The position numbers and the translations under genes were made by a program. The notes beneath the pieces are model-generated. The model did not search any database, was not told where the DNA came from, and saw only the letters and a program-made list of their open reading frames with translations. Shown here in pieces: positions 25,771-39,000 of a stretch of DNA of 64,000 nucleotides (its first letter is position 1; every line of letters begins with the position of its first letter). Origin of the DNA: Haplodiscus bocki (taxonomy: Eukaryota). The stretch covers positions 10,540,001-10,604,000 of the forward strand of contig OZ296656.1 of the NCBI GenBank assembly GCA_965655095.1. Direction: 5' to 3'.

Positions 25771-26530
25771 TACACTCTGTATTAAGATAGGGTATGGTTC
25801 GATTCAATGTATTATTATAGACCATAGTTCAACAATGTACTAAGGTAGGGTATAGCTCAGCCATGTAATAGCAGAGGGTATACGTTAGCAATGTTATAAG
25901 ATGGGGAACAGCTCACCAATATAACAAGATAGGTAATACGTCAGCAATGTTTCAAAATTGGGAGCTTTTCAGCATTGTAATGAGACAAGGTTTACGTCAG
26001 CAATGTTTCAAGATTGGGAACATCTCAGCAATGTAAAAAGACAAGGTGTACGTCACGAAAGTTTTAAGATTGGGAATAGCTCGGCAATGTAATAAGACAG
26101 AGTGCACCTCAACAATGTGTTAAGATTAGGTATGGCTCACCGATGCAAAAAAAGTTGGAATTACTCCGCAAGGTAATAAGATTGGAATTGCCTCAACAAT
26201 GTGTTAGGATTGGGCATAGCCATGCAATGTTTTAAGGTAGACTATACCACAACAATGTATTAATGCTGGGTAAAGCTCAACAGGGTAATAATGTAGCGTA
26301 TACCTCAGCAAAGTGATAAGATTGCGTACACTCCCCATCAGTGTATTAAGACAGGGTATGTTTCCACAATGTAACAATGTATGGTATGGATTTGCGTTCC
26401 CGAGTCCTTAACTTGAGATAAGTTTAAGCTTTCGGCAAAAACCGAGTGCATAAGACCGTCAAGGTATTATGATGTGCGATCCGAGCTGGTTTTGTTCGGA
26501 AATGCATTGTGATAGCGTGTAGAGCCAGAC
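25771..26530. repeat. Older, diverged relic of the same subterminal array family inside the Y spacer
   Basis: Degenerate aatgtattaagatagggtatagctcagc units, then a unique block (26380-26525, atggatttgcgttcccgagtc...agcgtgtagagcc) about 70% similar to 30650-30795. Confidence 0.7.
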
Positions 26531-27149
26531 CGTGCAGACACCAAAAAACGGTGAAACATCCTTGAAGCTGAGAAGGTCGTACACTTATGCATCAAAGTAT
26601 GCTTTAATTCAGCAGTTCAAGGGACCACTACGCATTTAAGGTATGTTTTAAGCCACACATGTCTTGAAATTCGATTTTCGATGAAGCATTGTTAGTTTTG
26701 ATAAGTGTCAAGATTGTGGTAGGTAAAGTCCCGCAGCCAATAATGGGTAGATGCTCTGTAGGTGACAGTTTCTTTCAATCGCTCTCCTTCTTGTTGCTCA
26801 CACAAAAACATTGGAAAAAATGGAGGGAATTCGAACTAAAGAGCGTTATCTTTTGTTTTCACAAAAGTGTATTCTGAGAAACACTGCTGATTTGGTATAT
26901 TTTATGCTCCACAGTGTTCTGTCTGTAACTTCTGTGAAAATTGTGTGTCGTCATAATGCTACTCCTCACACATTGAGAGACGAATTGACATGTGGCAGCT
27001 TCCATTTGTCGATCTGGCGACTAACTCTATACCACGCATTGTCTTTTAATTCCCCTCTTTAAACTAATTTGGTAACAAAGTTGACAGAAGATATCATCAT
27101 TCATTCAGAAACTGAAAAACAAGATAAAAATCAGATTTGGGAGAAATAG

Positions 27150-27522
27150 TTTTAAAACTTGTCAGATTTTGAATTGAAATTTTTACAACGCGTCAGATTT
27201 TGATTTGAAGTTTATACAACGCGTCAGATTTTGGATTGGAAAAAAATACAACGCGTTAGATTCTGAATAGAAAATTTTTCGACATGTCAGATTTTGAAAA
27301 AATTTTGCATCCAAAAAAATCACGTTTTTGGTTCTTTTTACTTCGTGAAAACGACATATTTTGCATTTTTCGTGCTTTTTTAAAAAGCACGATTTTGAAT
27401 TTAAGAAAATACAACGCGTCAGATTTTGAATTTGAAAAAATACAGCGCGTCAGATTTTGAATTTAAAAAAATACAACGCATCATGTTTTGAATTTCAAAA
27501 AATACAACGCGTCAGATTTTGA
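27150..27522. repeat. ~31-bp tandem repeat (tacaacgcgtcagattttgaatttaaaaaaa); truncated mirror copy at 25608-25770
   Basis: Repeated units are visible directly. The inner breakpoint of the Y arms (27330) lies inside this block. Confidence 0.85.
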
Positions 27523-28112
27523 GTGTACTTCTTCTGCAGTTTGCCAAATTTTCCTTCATTCACCAAAAGAGGGCATGTTTCGGTAATGTTTTGATGTATG
27601 GTCTGCATTCAATCAGTCAAGATATTCTGTTAGGATAGGCTTTGTGTACCCCAACTGTGATCAACGTAACAAGACGTATTAAGACAGCCAATCCGATCCG
27701 AGTTGGTTCATCGATTTACGTAGATAAGGAATGCTATTTAACAAGGTTCAACTAGCGACTATGAGGTTTGCAACGTACAGAGAAAAGTAGTCTGATTTCA
27801 GTGACTCATTTATGATGACGTGATGTCCTATGATCAGGCAGAGAACCGAACTGATCAAGTATTGAAGTAGGTTATAGAGAGTGGTGGACGAGGAGGGTGT
27901 GCACCTATGTATTACGCTAGGGTGAACTTCTGCAATGTACTAAGATAGGTTGCGGCATCGGCTGCCTAAGGGACTGTTACCTTACATAGAAGTTATCGAT
28001 GAAGTTTTAATTCTCACTCAGAGTCATCAAAGGGAACAAAAAAGTATTTTTTTGGAAAAAAAACAAATATTCCACAAGCAAACAATAGAAATCAAACAAG
28101 TGAAACAAATGG

Positions 28113-28787
28113 CTACACTTGAATACAATTACAGTTCATCACAAACGGCGGAACTACATCCATCGCTCCGGGTTTCCACATATCACTCAACTCTTCAATC
28201 GTATTAACAGTTTCGTTCACTCGTCCGTCTGGTAGGTAATTTCGTTGAAAGAATGCAAAGCTGACGCGCAATCCCTTCTTTTGACTGTCCATCCTTCGCA
28301 ATGAAGAGAACACCGGATATGAGTCTGTTCTAGGTTTGTGAGTTATTGGTTCAGGGTACTGATTGGACATAGAGTATCTATCATTAGTAAGGTTGAATGA
28401 CATAAGAGCTGCTGGAACCATGTCCCAAAAATTGTACGGGTTCAGAAAGATGTTAGAGTTATGCTGCTCATCAATAAAACAGTTATGCTGATCGTTACTG
28501 GGAATGCAATTGGATTTTTCACAGGATCTGGAAATGTAATTCCGTTCTCGGTTGGTCTCTCTGATTTTCGTAGGAGTTTCAGGGTTGAAAGTAAAACCAC
28601 AATCAAAATCTCCATAGGTTACGATGTCCTCCTCATTAATGAAGCGCACATTGTCATCGAAAGAAACAGTCTTTTTTAAATTCTGGCCACAATTTCATAT
28701 AAGATCATCTTCTGCACGCAAAATAGAATGAATTGCAAGCTTTGTAGGATCATAAGGAGAGACTTGGGTTTTTTTGTAGCTGCACAT
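28113..28787 (-). pseudogene. Second copy of the 224-aa ORF (right arm of Y), single stop at codon 31
   Basis: ATG at 28787. TGA at 28697-28695 where the left copy has TCA. The rest is open to the TAG at 28113 (track ORF 28113..28649). Confidence 0.65.
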
Positions 28788-31700
28788 CACTTCTTGTAAA
28801 GGGAACAGTTATTCAATTTCGACAAGTTCGAGCACTGAATTCTGATCGTAAGCAGATATTGATGAGAAACTTCACCACTGTTTGGGTACGTTCGTAGCTG
28901 GAAAAGCGAGTTGCTGTTGTTGGGAACGATATTCAAAGAATGATTTTGCAGAGTACTAAGTTGCTGCTTTTACATGATTTTAACCGATTCATAACTGCTT
29001 TATATGGACAACCTTTCCTTTTTTGGTCAAAGCTACAACGCTTTCCATACATGGAAGGTGATTCCTTATTTGGGGACTTGGTGCAAGTTTTAACACTATT
29101 TTGTTTTTCAGTCATTTGTTCAGAGTAATTTATCCAGACAACCTGTCGCCTTATCAGGGGACTTTGTTCCTCTTAAGTCATTTTCTCAGACACTCTGTAT
29201 GCGATGTTAATCCCGTGAATAATTTTCCCAGACAGTCTGTCACCATAAAAGGGGAACTTGTTCCACTTGAGTTGTTTCACAGACAAGCACTTTCATCTTT
29301 ATAGCCAGTTTTTAAATGTAAATAGTCCGTTTTTAAAATGAAAGAAAACGACTGACAGCTCTTCTCATGGTTGGTCTTTCCTTTTTTGGACATTCCATAT
29401 CTGATATAAAGTAATGAGTAACACCTGCTACATATTTTCCCCATTATTTCTTTTTCATTGCTTTAGTCAAGTTGCTACAATTTTTACGTCGATTTCAGAA
29501 ACTTCTCTTATACGACTATTACTCAAATATCTTCCGTCAAACGCAACGAAAAAATCACTTGAATAAATTGTGGAACACAAACTAGAAGAAGCATTTTCTG
29601 ACGGTATACGAGATGTTCAACTGGGACGCTTCATTTTACTCAATGTCCCAATTTCTCAACAACTTCCCAGACCTAGCTAGGTTTCCTTCTTTAGTTTTCT
29701 CAATTGACCGGTGAAACATGACTGCACTTTTCGCTTACAACATTCAGGTGGTTTTGAACAATTAACCACTCTGGAAAGCCGGAAATTACTCTCCTGCAAA
29801 AAACAAGTTACAGAGCACCCTTCATGCAATTTTCACCCTAGTTATCTTTTTATCTACCCATTAATCTTTGTAGCTTCTATTGAGTGCCCGGACTCTACAA
29901 CTATGCCCGGTAAGACACATAATGTACTACTCTTTACCTCTGTAATTCAAGTAGGTCGGGTTAATATCTATATATGGAAGCAGCTTCCTGTCCTAGGTCA
30001 AGTTAAATTTATTTAAAAAACAAATAACGATGTAGTCACTCCACGCTTTTCTCGCTGTATGTTGATCGGTTCTCGCTTCCAACCACTTACGGAACTGTTT
30101 TTTATACTTGATACTCGTCAATCAGCTCGCTAAAACTATTGCATGATGATTGGTCTACAGGACTTCCCTTGATGGCAATGATTTTAAATTTGTGTCCAAA
30201 TACATACATGTAGGTATTAGGTTGCCTGTTTGTAATATAGTTAGGTTGATTTTTGATTGTGCTATTGGGTGAGGTAATACTCGATTCTGATTGGCTGTTG
30301 ACAACGTTTCGCGAAAGCTGACAGCAGTACACTAAGATCGATTATAGTTCGACAATGTACTAAAACAGGTTATAGCTCAGCAATGTATTAATGTTGGCTA
30401 TATCCCCAACAATGGGTTAGGATTGGGTAAAGATCAGCAATGTTTTGAAATTGGGAATTGCTTAGCAATGTAATAAGATCGGGTGCACCTCAACAAGGTG
30501 TTAGGATAGGCAATAGCTCAGCAATGTGATTTCGTTGGTGTTTAGTTCAACAATGTATTAAAGCAGGGTGTACTTCAGCAAAGTAATAAGATAGCCTAGA
30601 CTACCCACGAATGTATTAAGACGGTATACTTCGGTAATGTAATAAAATATGGTTTGGATTTGGGCGTCTGAGTCATAAAATTGAGATAAAAATTGAGTTT
30701 TCAACAAAAACCGAATGTATGAGTCAGTCAATGTATTAGGAGGTGCGATCCAAGTCGATTTTGATCCACAATGTATTATGAAAGCGTGTAGAGCCGGTCT
30801 CCTCAACTTTTTGCCCACCTTCTTGCATTTACACTCGGCATTTTTTGACAATGAGTCGTAAGACACATGAGTTCATCATTCAGTTTTAAGCATATTGCTA
30901 CCAAAGTAAAACAAAAAAGGTTGATATGGCATCATAATCTGTGATTTTCAAATTAAGACTCCTGTTTCAATCATTTTGTATGCTTGCTTGTACTCAAACT
31001 CCATGATTTGTGTAGACAAACCCAAAGAAAGCCTCAAAACACAGGTTATTTATCAACTTTCACAAATTTGTTGTGGTATCTTACAGTCATGCAGACTCTG
31101 TTGCTGTGCGTTCAAACCATTTTTTGTTAGCTGAGCGACTCTTCGACGCAAAAGTACAGCTTTAAAGTCTTGCTGTAGCGCATTTTTTCTCACAATTCAC
31201 CTTCAAGTTAAATTCAGCATGAAAAATCTCTGATTGTTTACTGTGAGTATAACGACCAGGAGTGATGATAGTCAACACCGGAACAGGAGTTGCGACGGTG
31301 TACATTGCTTTTTCTAGTTCAAAAAATGCGACATTAATTAAACGTAAATTGTTGCAGTACAAAACTTTATCTATAAAACTCCGTCATTTTACATTGAACG
31401 GAGTAAAAACCCACGTTTCTACATGAACAGACGTCCTTGCTTGTCTCTCAATACCTTGCGCGGATAAGAAACAACAGTCAAACCCGGAATTTTTTTAGCA
31501 AAATCTCTTAATAATATGTTGCAAACATGTGTTGACATAGCAAATGAGTACCTGCAGGCGCACAATACAGGCGTAAGCGTGAAAAATCATCCGTTTTGTA
31601 GTCTGCATCAATGTAAATGTGCAGGATATACAATGCTTTTGTTTGCATTTGCTCTCGCTAACTAACATTTTGGAAAATAAAATCAACCTTTCCACCTAGA

Positions 31701-31954
31701 ATTAGGTCAAAACAGTGTCCGCGGGCGCAACAGAGAGTGATTGACAGCGCGTGCGGTTTTTCGTTTTATGGTTAGTCTTTCCTTTCATGGGTGGTCTTTC
31801 CTTTTATTGTCTTTCCACATAGGGTTTTTTGTAATAGACAACACAGGCTACAGTCTCTTCGCCATTTTTCTATTTCCGTTGCCTCAGTCAAGTTGCTATA
31901 ATCTTTACGTTTGTTTGAGATTTTCCTGCGAAATTACTGTTCCGCAGGCGTCAC

Positions 31955-33275
31955 CGAGCTATAACCTATTTTAATACGTTACCGAACTATACCCTATCTT
32001 AATACATTACCGAACTATACCCTATCTTAATACATTACCGAACTATACCCTATCTTAAAATATTGAGTCGAAATGTACCCTATCTTAATACATTACCGAA
32101 CTATACCCTATCTTAAAACATTGACGAAATATACCGTATCTTATTACATTACCGAATTATACCCTATCATTTTACATTACCGAAGTGTAAAACAATCCTA
32201 ATACATTACCGAACTATACCCTATCTTAATACATTGAACCGAATTACACCCTATATTAATACATTACCTAACTATACCTTATCTTAATACATTACCGAAC
32301 TATACCCTATCTTGTTACATTACCGAACTGTTTATAATCTTAATACATTAACGAACTATCCTCTGCTCAATACATTAACCCGAACTATGCCCAACCTTAA
32401 TACATTTCCGAACTATACCCTATCTCAATACATTACCGAACTATACCCTATCTCAATACCTTACCGAACAATAACCAATCTCAATACATTACAGAACTAT
32501 ACCCTATCTTAATACAGGGATCCGAACTATACCCTATCCTGATACCTTATCGAACTATAGCCTATCTTAATACATTATCGAATTATAACCAATCCTAATA
32601 CATTAACGAACTAAACCCTATCTTAAAACAATACTAAATTATACCCTATCTTAATACACTGTCGAAGTGCATTTTCACATTGCATTAAGTCAAAACACTA
32701 TCCGCGGGCACAAAAATTAACTGCAGGCGTCATAATTAGTGTGTGCCGTCATAATTATACGCGCAGGCCCCTGGAAAAAAAGTTCAAAAAAATTTTCTCG
32801 AAAAAGTCTTACAGTGCCGAAAATGAGTCATTCCATATCTTTATGCATTGAGACGAGCCCTAGCCTATGCTTATACATTACAAAATGCTATTGCCTATCT
32901 TAATACATGCATCCCCATCTTAATACATGCATTACCTATTTTAATACATTGATTCGGCTTTCGACACCATGCATTTCCTATCTTAATACATTGAGTCGGC
33001 TCCATATCTTAATACATGAATTGCCTATCTTATTACATTGAGTCGGCTTTCGGCTCCATGTCTTAAATACATGCATTGCCAGCTTAATACATTGCGCAAC
33101 TATACCCTATCCTAATACATTGAGCCGAACTATACCCTATCTTGATACATTGACGAAGTATACCCTATCTTCATTATTTAAGCCGAACTATAGCCTATCT
33201 TAATACATTGAGCCGAATTACACCCTATCTTAATACATTGCCGATCTATACCCTATCTTAATACATTGAGCCGAA
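31955..33275. repeat. Subterminal 28/30-bp tandem arrays, right arm of Y (ccgaactataccctatcttaatacatt)
   Basis: Mirror of 19812-21185 with copy-number differences. Confidence 0.95.
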
Positions 33276-33615
33276 TACACTCGGATTTCGGCAGTCCGAG
33301 TCGTCAGCCAAATAAAAGCGAGCACGAAAAGGCCCTTCAACTTCGTCAGCCAATCAGAATCGAGTGTTACGTCACCCGAGTCGTCAGCCAATCAGAAGCG
33401 AGTATTACATCACTCGGCAGCCAATCAAATTCGAGTATTACGTAACACGAGTCGTCAGCCAATCAGAATCGAGTATTACGTCACCCGAGAGCTCTCGGAT
33501 ACGGTTGAAGACCCTTCTCGGCTCTCGGATCGACTCGGCTCGCTATAGCCTATCTTAATACATAGGGTCTTCAACTAACCCCGTCAGCTCTGCTCACTAC
33601 TCTACTACTCACCTG

Positions 33616-34307
33616 GCTTCGAGAAACCATAAATCAAGAAATTTAAAAAACCCGCTCCAGTTAAAACGCTGCTTATTGATACTTTACGTTAAGTGTTTGT
33701 CTGGATGCTTCAATCAACAGAATTTCAAGCTTCACTTGGAACAATGAACTGTCTGGACTGTCCCGTTTGTTTTCTGCTCTCCAATACCAAATGAAAGGAG
33801 GCTTCTTGATTCTGTTTGGGATTTGAGTCCGCAGTTGTATCTGAACTGAAAAACTCTTCAAAGTTTCTAAAGGTAGTGTATTTCAGCGGGTAAGAAAGCA
33901 ATGAACCATGCAAATTTTGGGCAAGGCAGCAAGTGTATGCCATAGCGCTTAGTTTGGGACGCTCTTTGCAAACCTCTCAACTTTCGTAGCGTGCAGAGAA
34001 GAATGTGTAGACTTGCACTGGCAACCATCCACTCTAGCCTACTTCTGCGTCGCCAACTTGGCTGAGGTAGATTTTTCCCATGCAATATTAGCATTCGCAG
34101 TAACGCAGCAGGCAAATTTTGGGTTTTCTTCTTAAATACATATTCGCGCAAGTTTTAACACGTTTTACATTGCGCATCACAGATTCATTCTTTTGAAAAT
34201 GAACTAAAAGTCAGTTTGAACTGAGCGGGCAGAATAAAGCGTGACTAAATGATTGTTTTTTCTGCAGACGCTAGTTGTCTTTTTCAGGAACTTTCGATTC
34301 AAGTCTG
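33616..34307. repeat. Outer palindrome X, left arm part B (continuation after the Y insertion)
   Basis: Reverse complement of 36100-36785. Mirrored ORFs 33867- / 36257+ and 33725- / 36465+. Arm symmetry ends at ...gattcaagtctg (34307) / cagacttgaatc (36100). Confidence 0.92.
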
Positions 34308-36099
34308 ACGGTTTTTCATTTGGACAGAAACAATATGAACAGATACTTGTTCACCGAGCCAAAGTTCAACACTCCGGAAATAAGGGATCCTCTCATGCCA
34401 GCTACATAATTGGCTTTACTGAGATTGAAACACTGTTTCTTGTTTTTAATCCAAGATGATTTCGTTGCTTGAAACCAGGTAGATAGTCAGGCATAAGTGC
34501 TTATGATTACAAAGAGTGTCCCTCAGTTCTATAGCCTGACGCTCCTTAAAATCACTTGCGTTTCATTGCCATTTTTTCTCATATTCAAGGTTTCTGTTCT
34601 GTGGGAAAATTTTAGCAACTAAGCAAAGTTGGAAACAGCCATTGCTCGTTATATTTTTTGTTGTCAGGCACATTTGCCCCACTCTTTTCCAGTTACCTCA
34701 CAAGATGAGTCAGATCGAGGATCGGGATTGTGCAATGTTTGTTTTTCAACATTGCTCAGCTAACATCAAAGCGTCTGCACAGGGCTCAAGTTGAAAATTC
34801 AAGGAATCACCTTCACGAAATCAGTGTTTGTAGTGGAAGCACGTAAACAAAATTTTTCAACCGCTCGACTGACGGAAGTTTTGATTGGATCAATCCATTG
34901 GAATGATCCTCAATTGATTTCGCTTTGAAAACATTTCAAAATTATGGCAATTGAACAACTGCAAATCGTTCCAATTTGTTGAAAAAGATTTTCAACAATA
35001 CTTCATCTTGACTATTCCGTACTGAAGAAGGACCTTCTACATTAAGCACACTACTTCTCTTTGCCCACAATATATAATGTATTCAAATGTAGATCTTTGT
35101 TCCTGCAATTGCTAAAGGTGGCATTTTTCAGCAGGCAAATGTCACAAATGTCACTAAGCAATTCTATTCACTCTGCTATCGATAATACGTTGAGGATCGC
35201 TTCCAAGGCGTTCACTTTGTGGTCGTTCAAGAGTGCTGCAGTCAAAATTTTGCCGTTCCAATCAGCCATATTTGCACAAAGTGATGCAAAGTCATCAAGA
35301 CGCTGACAATCGTTGACGCCTCCTACAGCAATCACTTTTTGAAAAGCTCTGATCAAAACTTCATCAAATCAAAAATTATTAATTCTTTCATTCACTAGAA
35401 ATCTCTAATCAATGTTTCTTGCAATCAGCATTGCGCATCTCCGCTTCTTGATTGTGCAGGTTTCCTGTTGTGATGGCCGGAAGTTGTTACCCATCATCTT
35501 TTGCTACAGAGTCAGCTTTGAATCGCCAATCGGATGAGTACTTGATCAAGAGAAGTGGAACCAGCAGCTCTTACCAGTTACAAAAGAGTCGAAATCAGTC
35601 TCGATGTTTTCCTGCTGAACTTGGGTCCCGTGAAAAACAACGCCACCGAATATTCCACTTTTTATGTGCTAACAGCAAGACGCTCAATTTCAGGCTCCGC
35701 ATTGGCAAAATGAACCAACTGATAGTGATTCTAGAATCAAACCGAGCATTTTGGTTCCATGAGTCTACATTAAACAACGCTGTCAGATAGGTATCGATTG
35801 TTATTGGATAGATTGGGGAAACTTCTCACATAATATGTGATGTGGCAAAATTCTCGAAACATTTTTTCCTCTATTCGTTCTACCGTAGTTGTTTTTGATT
35901 TCTCAGAAGCTTGTGTTGTTTCGGGAAATTGTAAAACTGTTCACATAGTCTAATTTTGTACAAATGCTTGTGGTATCAGTGAAATCCGTCGAGACCAATC
36001 ACACACAATGCTCCACTCAAAGCTCAATTCACGTTTTCTTTCGGTCGTGGGAACATAAAGCAATGAACTTGAATTGCCGTAATCACTCATAGTGGGGCC

Positions 36100-39000
36100 C
36101 AGACTTGAATCGGAATTTACTGAAAAAGACAACCAGCGTCAGCAGTAAAAACCACCATTTAAACAGGCTTTGTTTCACCAGCTAAGTTCAAACTGGATTT
36201 TAGTTCATTTTCAAAAGAATAAAACTATGATGCGCAATTTAAAAAGGTGTTAAACGTTGCGCGAATATGTATTGAAAAAGAAAACCAAAAATTTGCCTGC
36301 TGCGTTACTGCGAATGCTAATATTGCATGGGACAAATCTACCTCAGCCAAGTTGGCGACGCAGAACTAGGCTGGAGTGGATGGTTGCCAGTGCAAGTCTA
36401 CACATTCTTCTCTGCACGCTACTAAAGTTGAGAGGTTTGCAAAGAGCGTCGTAAACTAAGCGCTATGGGATACACTTGCTGCCTTGCCCAAAATTTGCAT
36501 GGTTCATTGCTTTGTTACCCGCTGAAATACACTACCTTTAGAAACTTTGAAGAGTTTTTCAGTTCAGATACAACTACGGACTCAACTCCCAGACAGAATC
36601 AAGAAGCCTCCTTTCATTTGGTATTGGAGAGCAGAAAACAAACGGTACAGTCCAGACAGTTCTTTGTTCCAAGTGAAGCTTGAAATTCTGGTGATTGAAG
36701 CATCCGAACAAACACTTAACGCATAGTATCAATATGGAGCGTTTTAACTGGAGCGGGTTTTTTCTGAATTATGGTTTCTCGAATCCAAGGGTCTCGTAAT
36801 TTGCAATCCTTAAATCGCCGTTCAACGCCAAAAAATTCAGGTCTGCTCTTTATTTTGAAGAACTTTGATGTGAAAGATCATAGGTTAATGTAAAGAATGG
36901 CCGAAGAACACAATAAATTCTTAACTCTGAGTTGCTGACAATAACTCTTCCGCAGCTTTTTCAGTATTTTGTTTCAACGCATGAACAGTTTCAGGTTCTG
37001 AACTGACAATTGTCGATCCATTATTCAAATTGAAGATTTGAGTTTTCTGATTCGACAATTGAAACAGTATGGGCAATTTTTCCTGAAAATACAAACAATG
37101 CTAATTCTTGTATTCACACAGATCAAGTCGACGTTGTTGGCATCATACATTTTACTTTCATCGAAAAAGCCAAAGATCAAATTGAAACAACAGCTTGCTT
37201 CGATGGCAACAGTATTCAATACTGTTTTCAGGCACCTAATTTTCACTTACGAAGAGTGTTGGGAATGGTAGAGCTAAATTTCAAGAAGACCACTGTTTGG
37301 ACATTGATTGCTTTTAACAGCTGGAAAATTTTGTTCAGGTGTTTAATTTCAACGCATCAACAGTTTGAAAATTTGATTTTTAGCTGGTGGATCCCTTATT
37401 TCAATGGAAAGTTTGATTGATTCGATATAATTTTTCAAACAAAGTGGGCGAACATTCAGAAGTTCGAACAGCGCTGTTTCTTGTATTCACACAGTTCAAG
37501 TGGACGTTTTTTGTCAGTTTCACACAATTCAGCTTCGTCAAATTTTCCGCTGATCACATTAAAACAGAAGTTTGCTTCTATAGCAGCAGTATGCAACTTT
37601 GTTTTCACGCACCTAATTTTTACACTCGTAATGTGTTGGGAATGTAAAAGCTAAATTTCCAGGAAACCGCTTTTTGGACAATGATTCTTCCTAACCGCTG
37701 AAAAACATTGCCTCGTAGAAAAAAATTCGTTCAAGTCTCTTTTTCGTTTCGGAGCTGTTTGAAAAACGTTTTCTAGGCCTCTTCCCACTTTTATGATAGT
37801 TCGTTCTGAACACACTGTCATCAATAGAATGAAACTGGGCCGAGAAGCTCAAGTTTTTGCGAAAAGTCAAAGTAGATTTGGATGGGATTTCTGCTCTTCG
37901 ATTCTTAGATGCAAACATCACTTCCTAAATTTTATCTTTCGGTGATGGTGAACTTTTCCGCAAAAAGATGTCCGAGCGAGAGTTGGCTAAGTAAAAAAAT
38001 CGTTTCGTTGTTTGACGTTTTGTTTTCGAACTCGCACTGTTTTTCACATCAAATTTACAGTTGATAACGGTTGTATACAGCCACCGTTTTTGATGTCGTT
38101 TAAAAAAACAAAGGCACTTCATGAATGACTTGCAGTGAACCTTATCAGTGAACCTTTCACTGTTTTGGAACAGATTGATTTGATAACGGATGTTTAGAGC
38201 TACCGTTCTTGATGTCGTTTTACAGAACAAAGGCACCATATGAATGATTCATGAGTTTGCAGTGAACCTTTTGGCTGTTTTGAAACTGATTGCTGGACTG
38301 CTGAAGATTTGAACATTAAACGTTTCTACAGTTGGAGAACCTGAAATACGTTTTTGATGTGAGTTTGCAACAGAATGGCTTTTTCAGAAAATCTAGCTTT
38401 CAGCTGAGGTGAAACAAGCTTTGGACTGGTGTGACTGTGCTTTTCTGGCTCGATCGAGAAGGCAGTACCCTATTTCCTCCATGATTTGATATTTGATTTT
38501 GAAATTTTGATATCAATTTTATGGTTTTGCATTTTTTTCAGAAAGTCTTTTGTCTTAAGTTGATTCTCAGTTCACGCCCAATTGCTTCCCCAACATGGTT
38601 TAGGACTGGCCCAAAACCTAACCGGAAAACTTTAGTTGCGCTATTTGGACTATAACCAATTTTTCTTCAAGGCGCGTGCGGTGCGGCGTTTTGGGAAGGA
38701 CTTTGCAATTAAGGTAGCGTGAGACTATCATTAGTGTTTCATAACATGACTTTGAGATCACCCCGACTTGTGAAACAAACGTTTGATTCACACTAAATTG
38801 CGTTGTTGATATGATTTCAAAAAACGCACGATTTTCAGGACATTGATTTTCCGAGTTCTTGGAGTTGAGCCTGATTTTTTTCCATTATGGTTTGTGGGCT
38901 CGGTCAGTCTCGTGGGTCATTTGTTTACGTAAAAGTCAAAGCTCTAGAACGATCTTCTGATATAAATTTGCAAACAAAAGCAATTGCAGACACATTTGTA

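Larger units (their letters stand above)
19472..33609. mobile_element. Non-autonomous, palindromic Polinton/Maverick-like element Y (arms 19472-25770 and 27330-33609; spacer 25771-27329)
   Basis: Termini AGTAGTAGAGTAGTG...CACTACTCTACTACT. 6-bp TSD CACTTG (19466-71) / CACCTG (33610-15). The empty site is preserved in the opposite X arm (reverse complement of 36780-36795, gagacccttggattcg). The arms are mirrored along their whole length. Confidence 0.85.

Noticed and set aside
19472-33609. Palindrome as a fold-back read or amplification chimera
   Set aside because: The arms differ by many substitutions and array copy numbers, a 1.56-kb unique spacer is present, and the unit is bounded by a TSD whose empty site is visible elsewhere. 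Long-read confirmation is still advisable.
19471-33610. Sola-type reading of Y (GAG...CTC ends, 4-bp TSD ACTT/ACCT)
   Set aside because: Formally possible, but AGTAGT terminal repeats, a 6-bp duplication and subterminal arrays fit Polintons better. Not fully excluded.
33612-36790. Separate 3.2-kb TIR transposon inserted in the right side of a single large palindrome
   Set aside because: It has no TSD of its own. The junctions show that 33616 onward continues 19471, so Y is the insertion and this segment is the centre of palindrome X.
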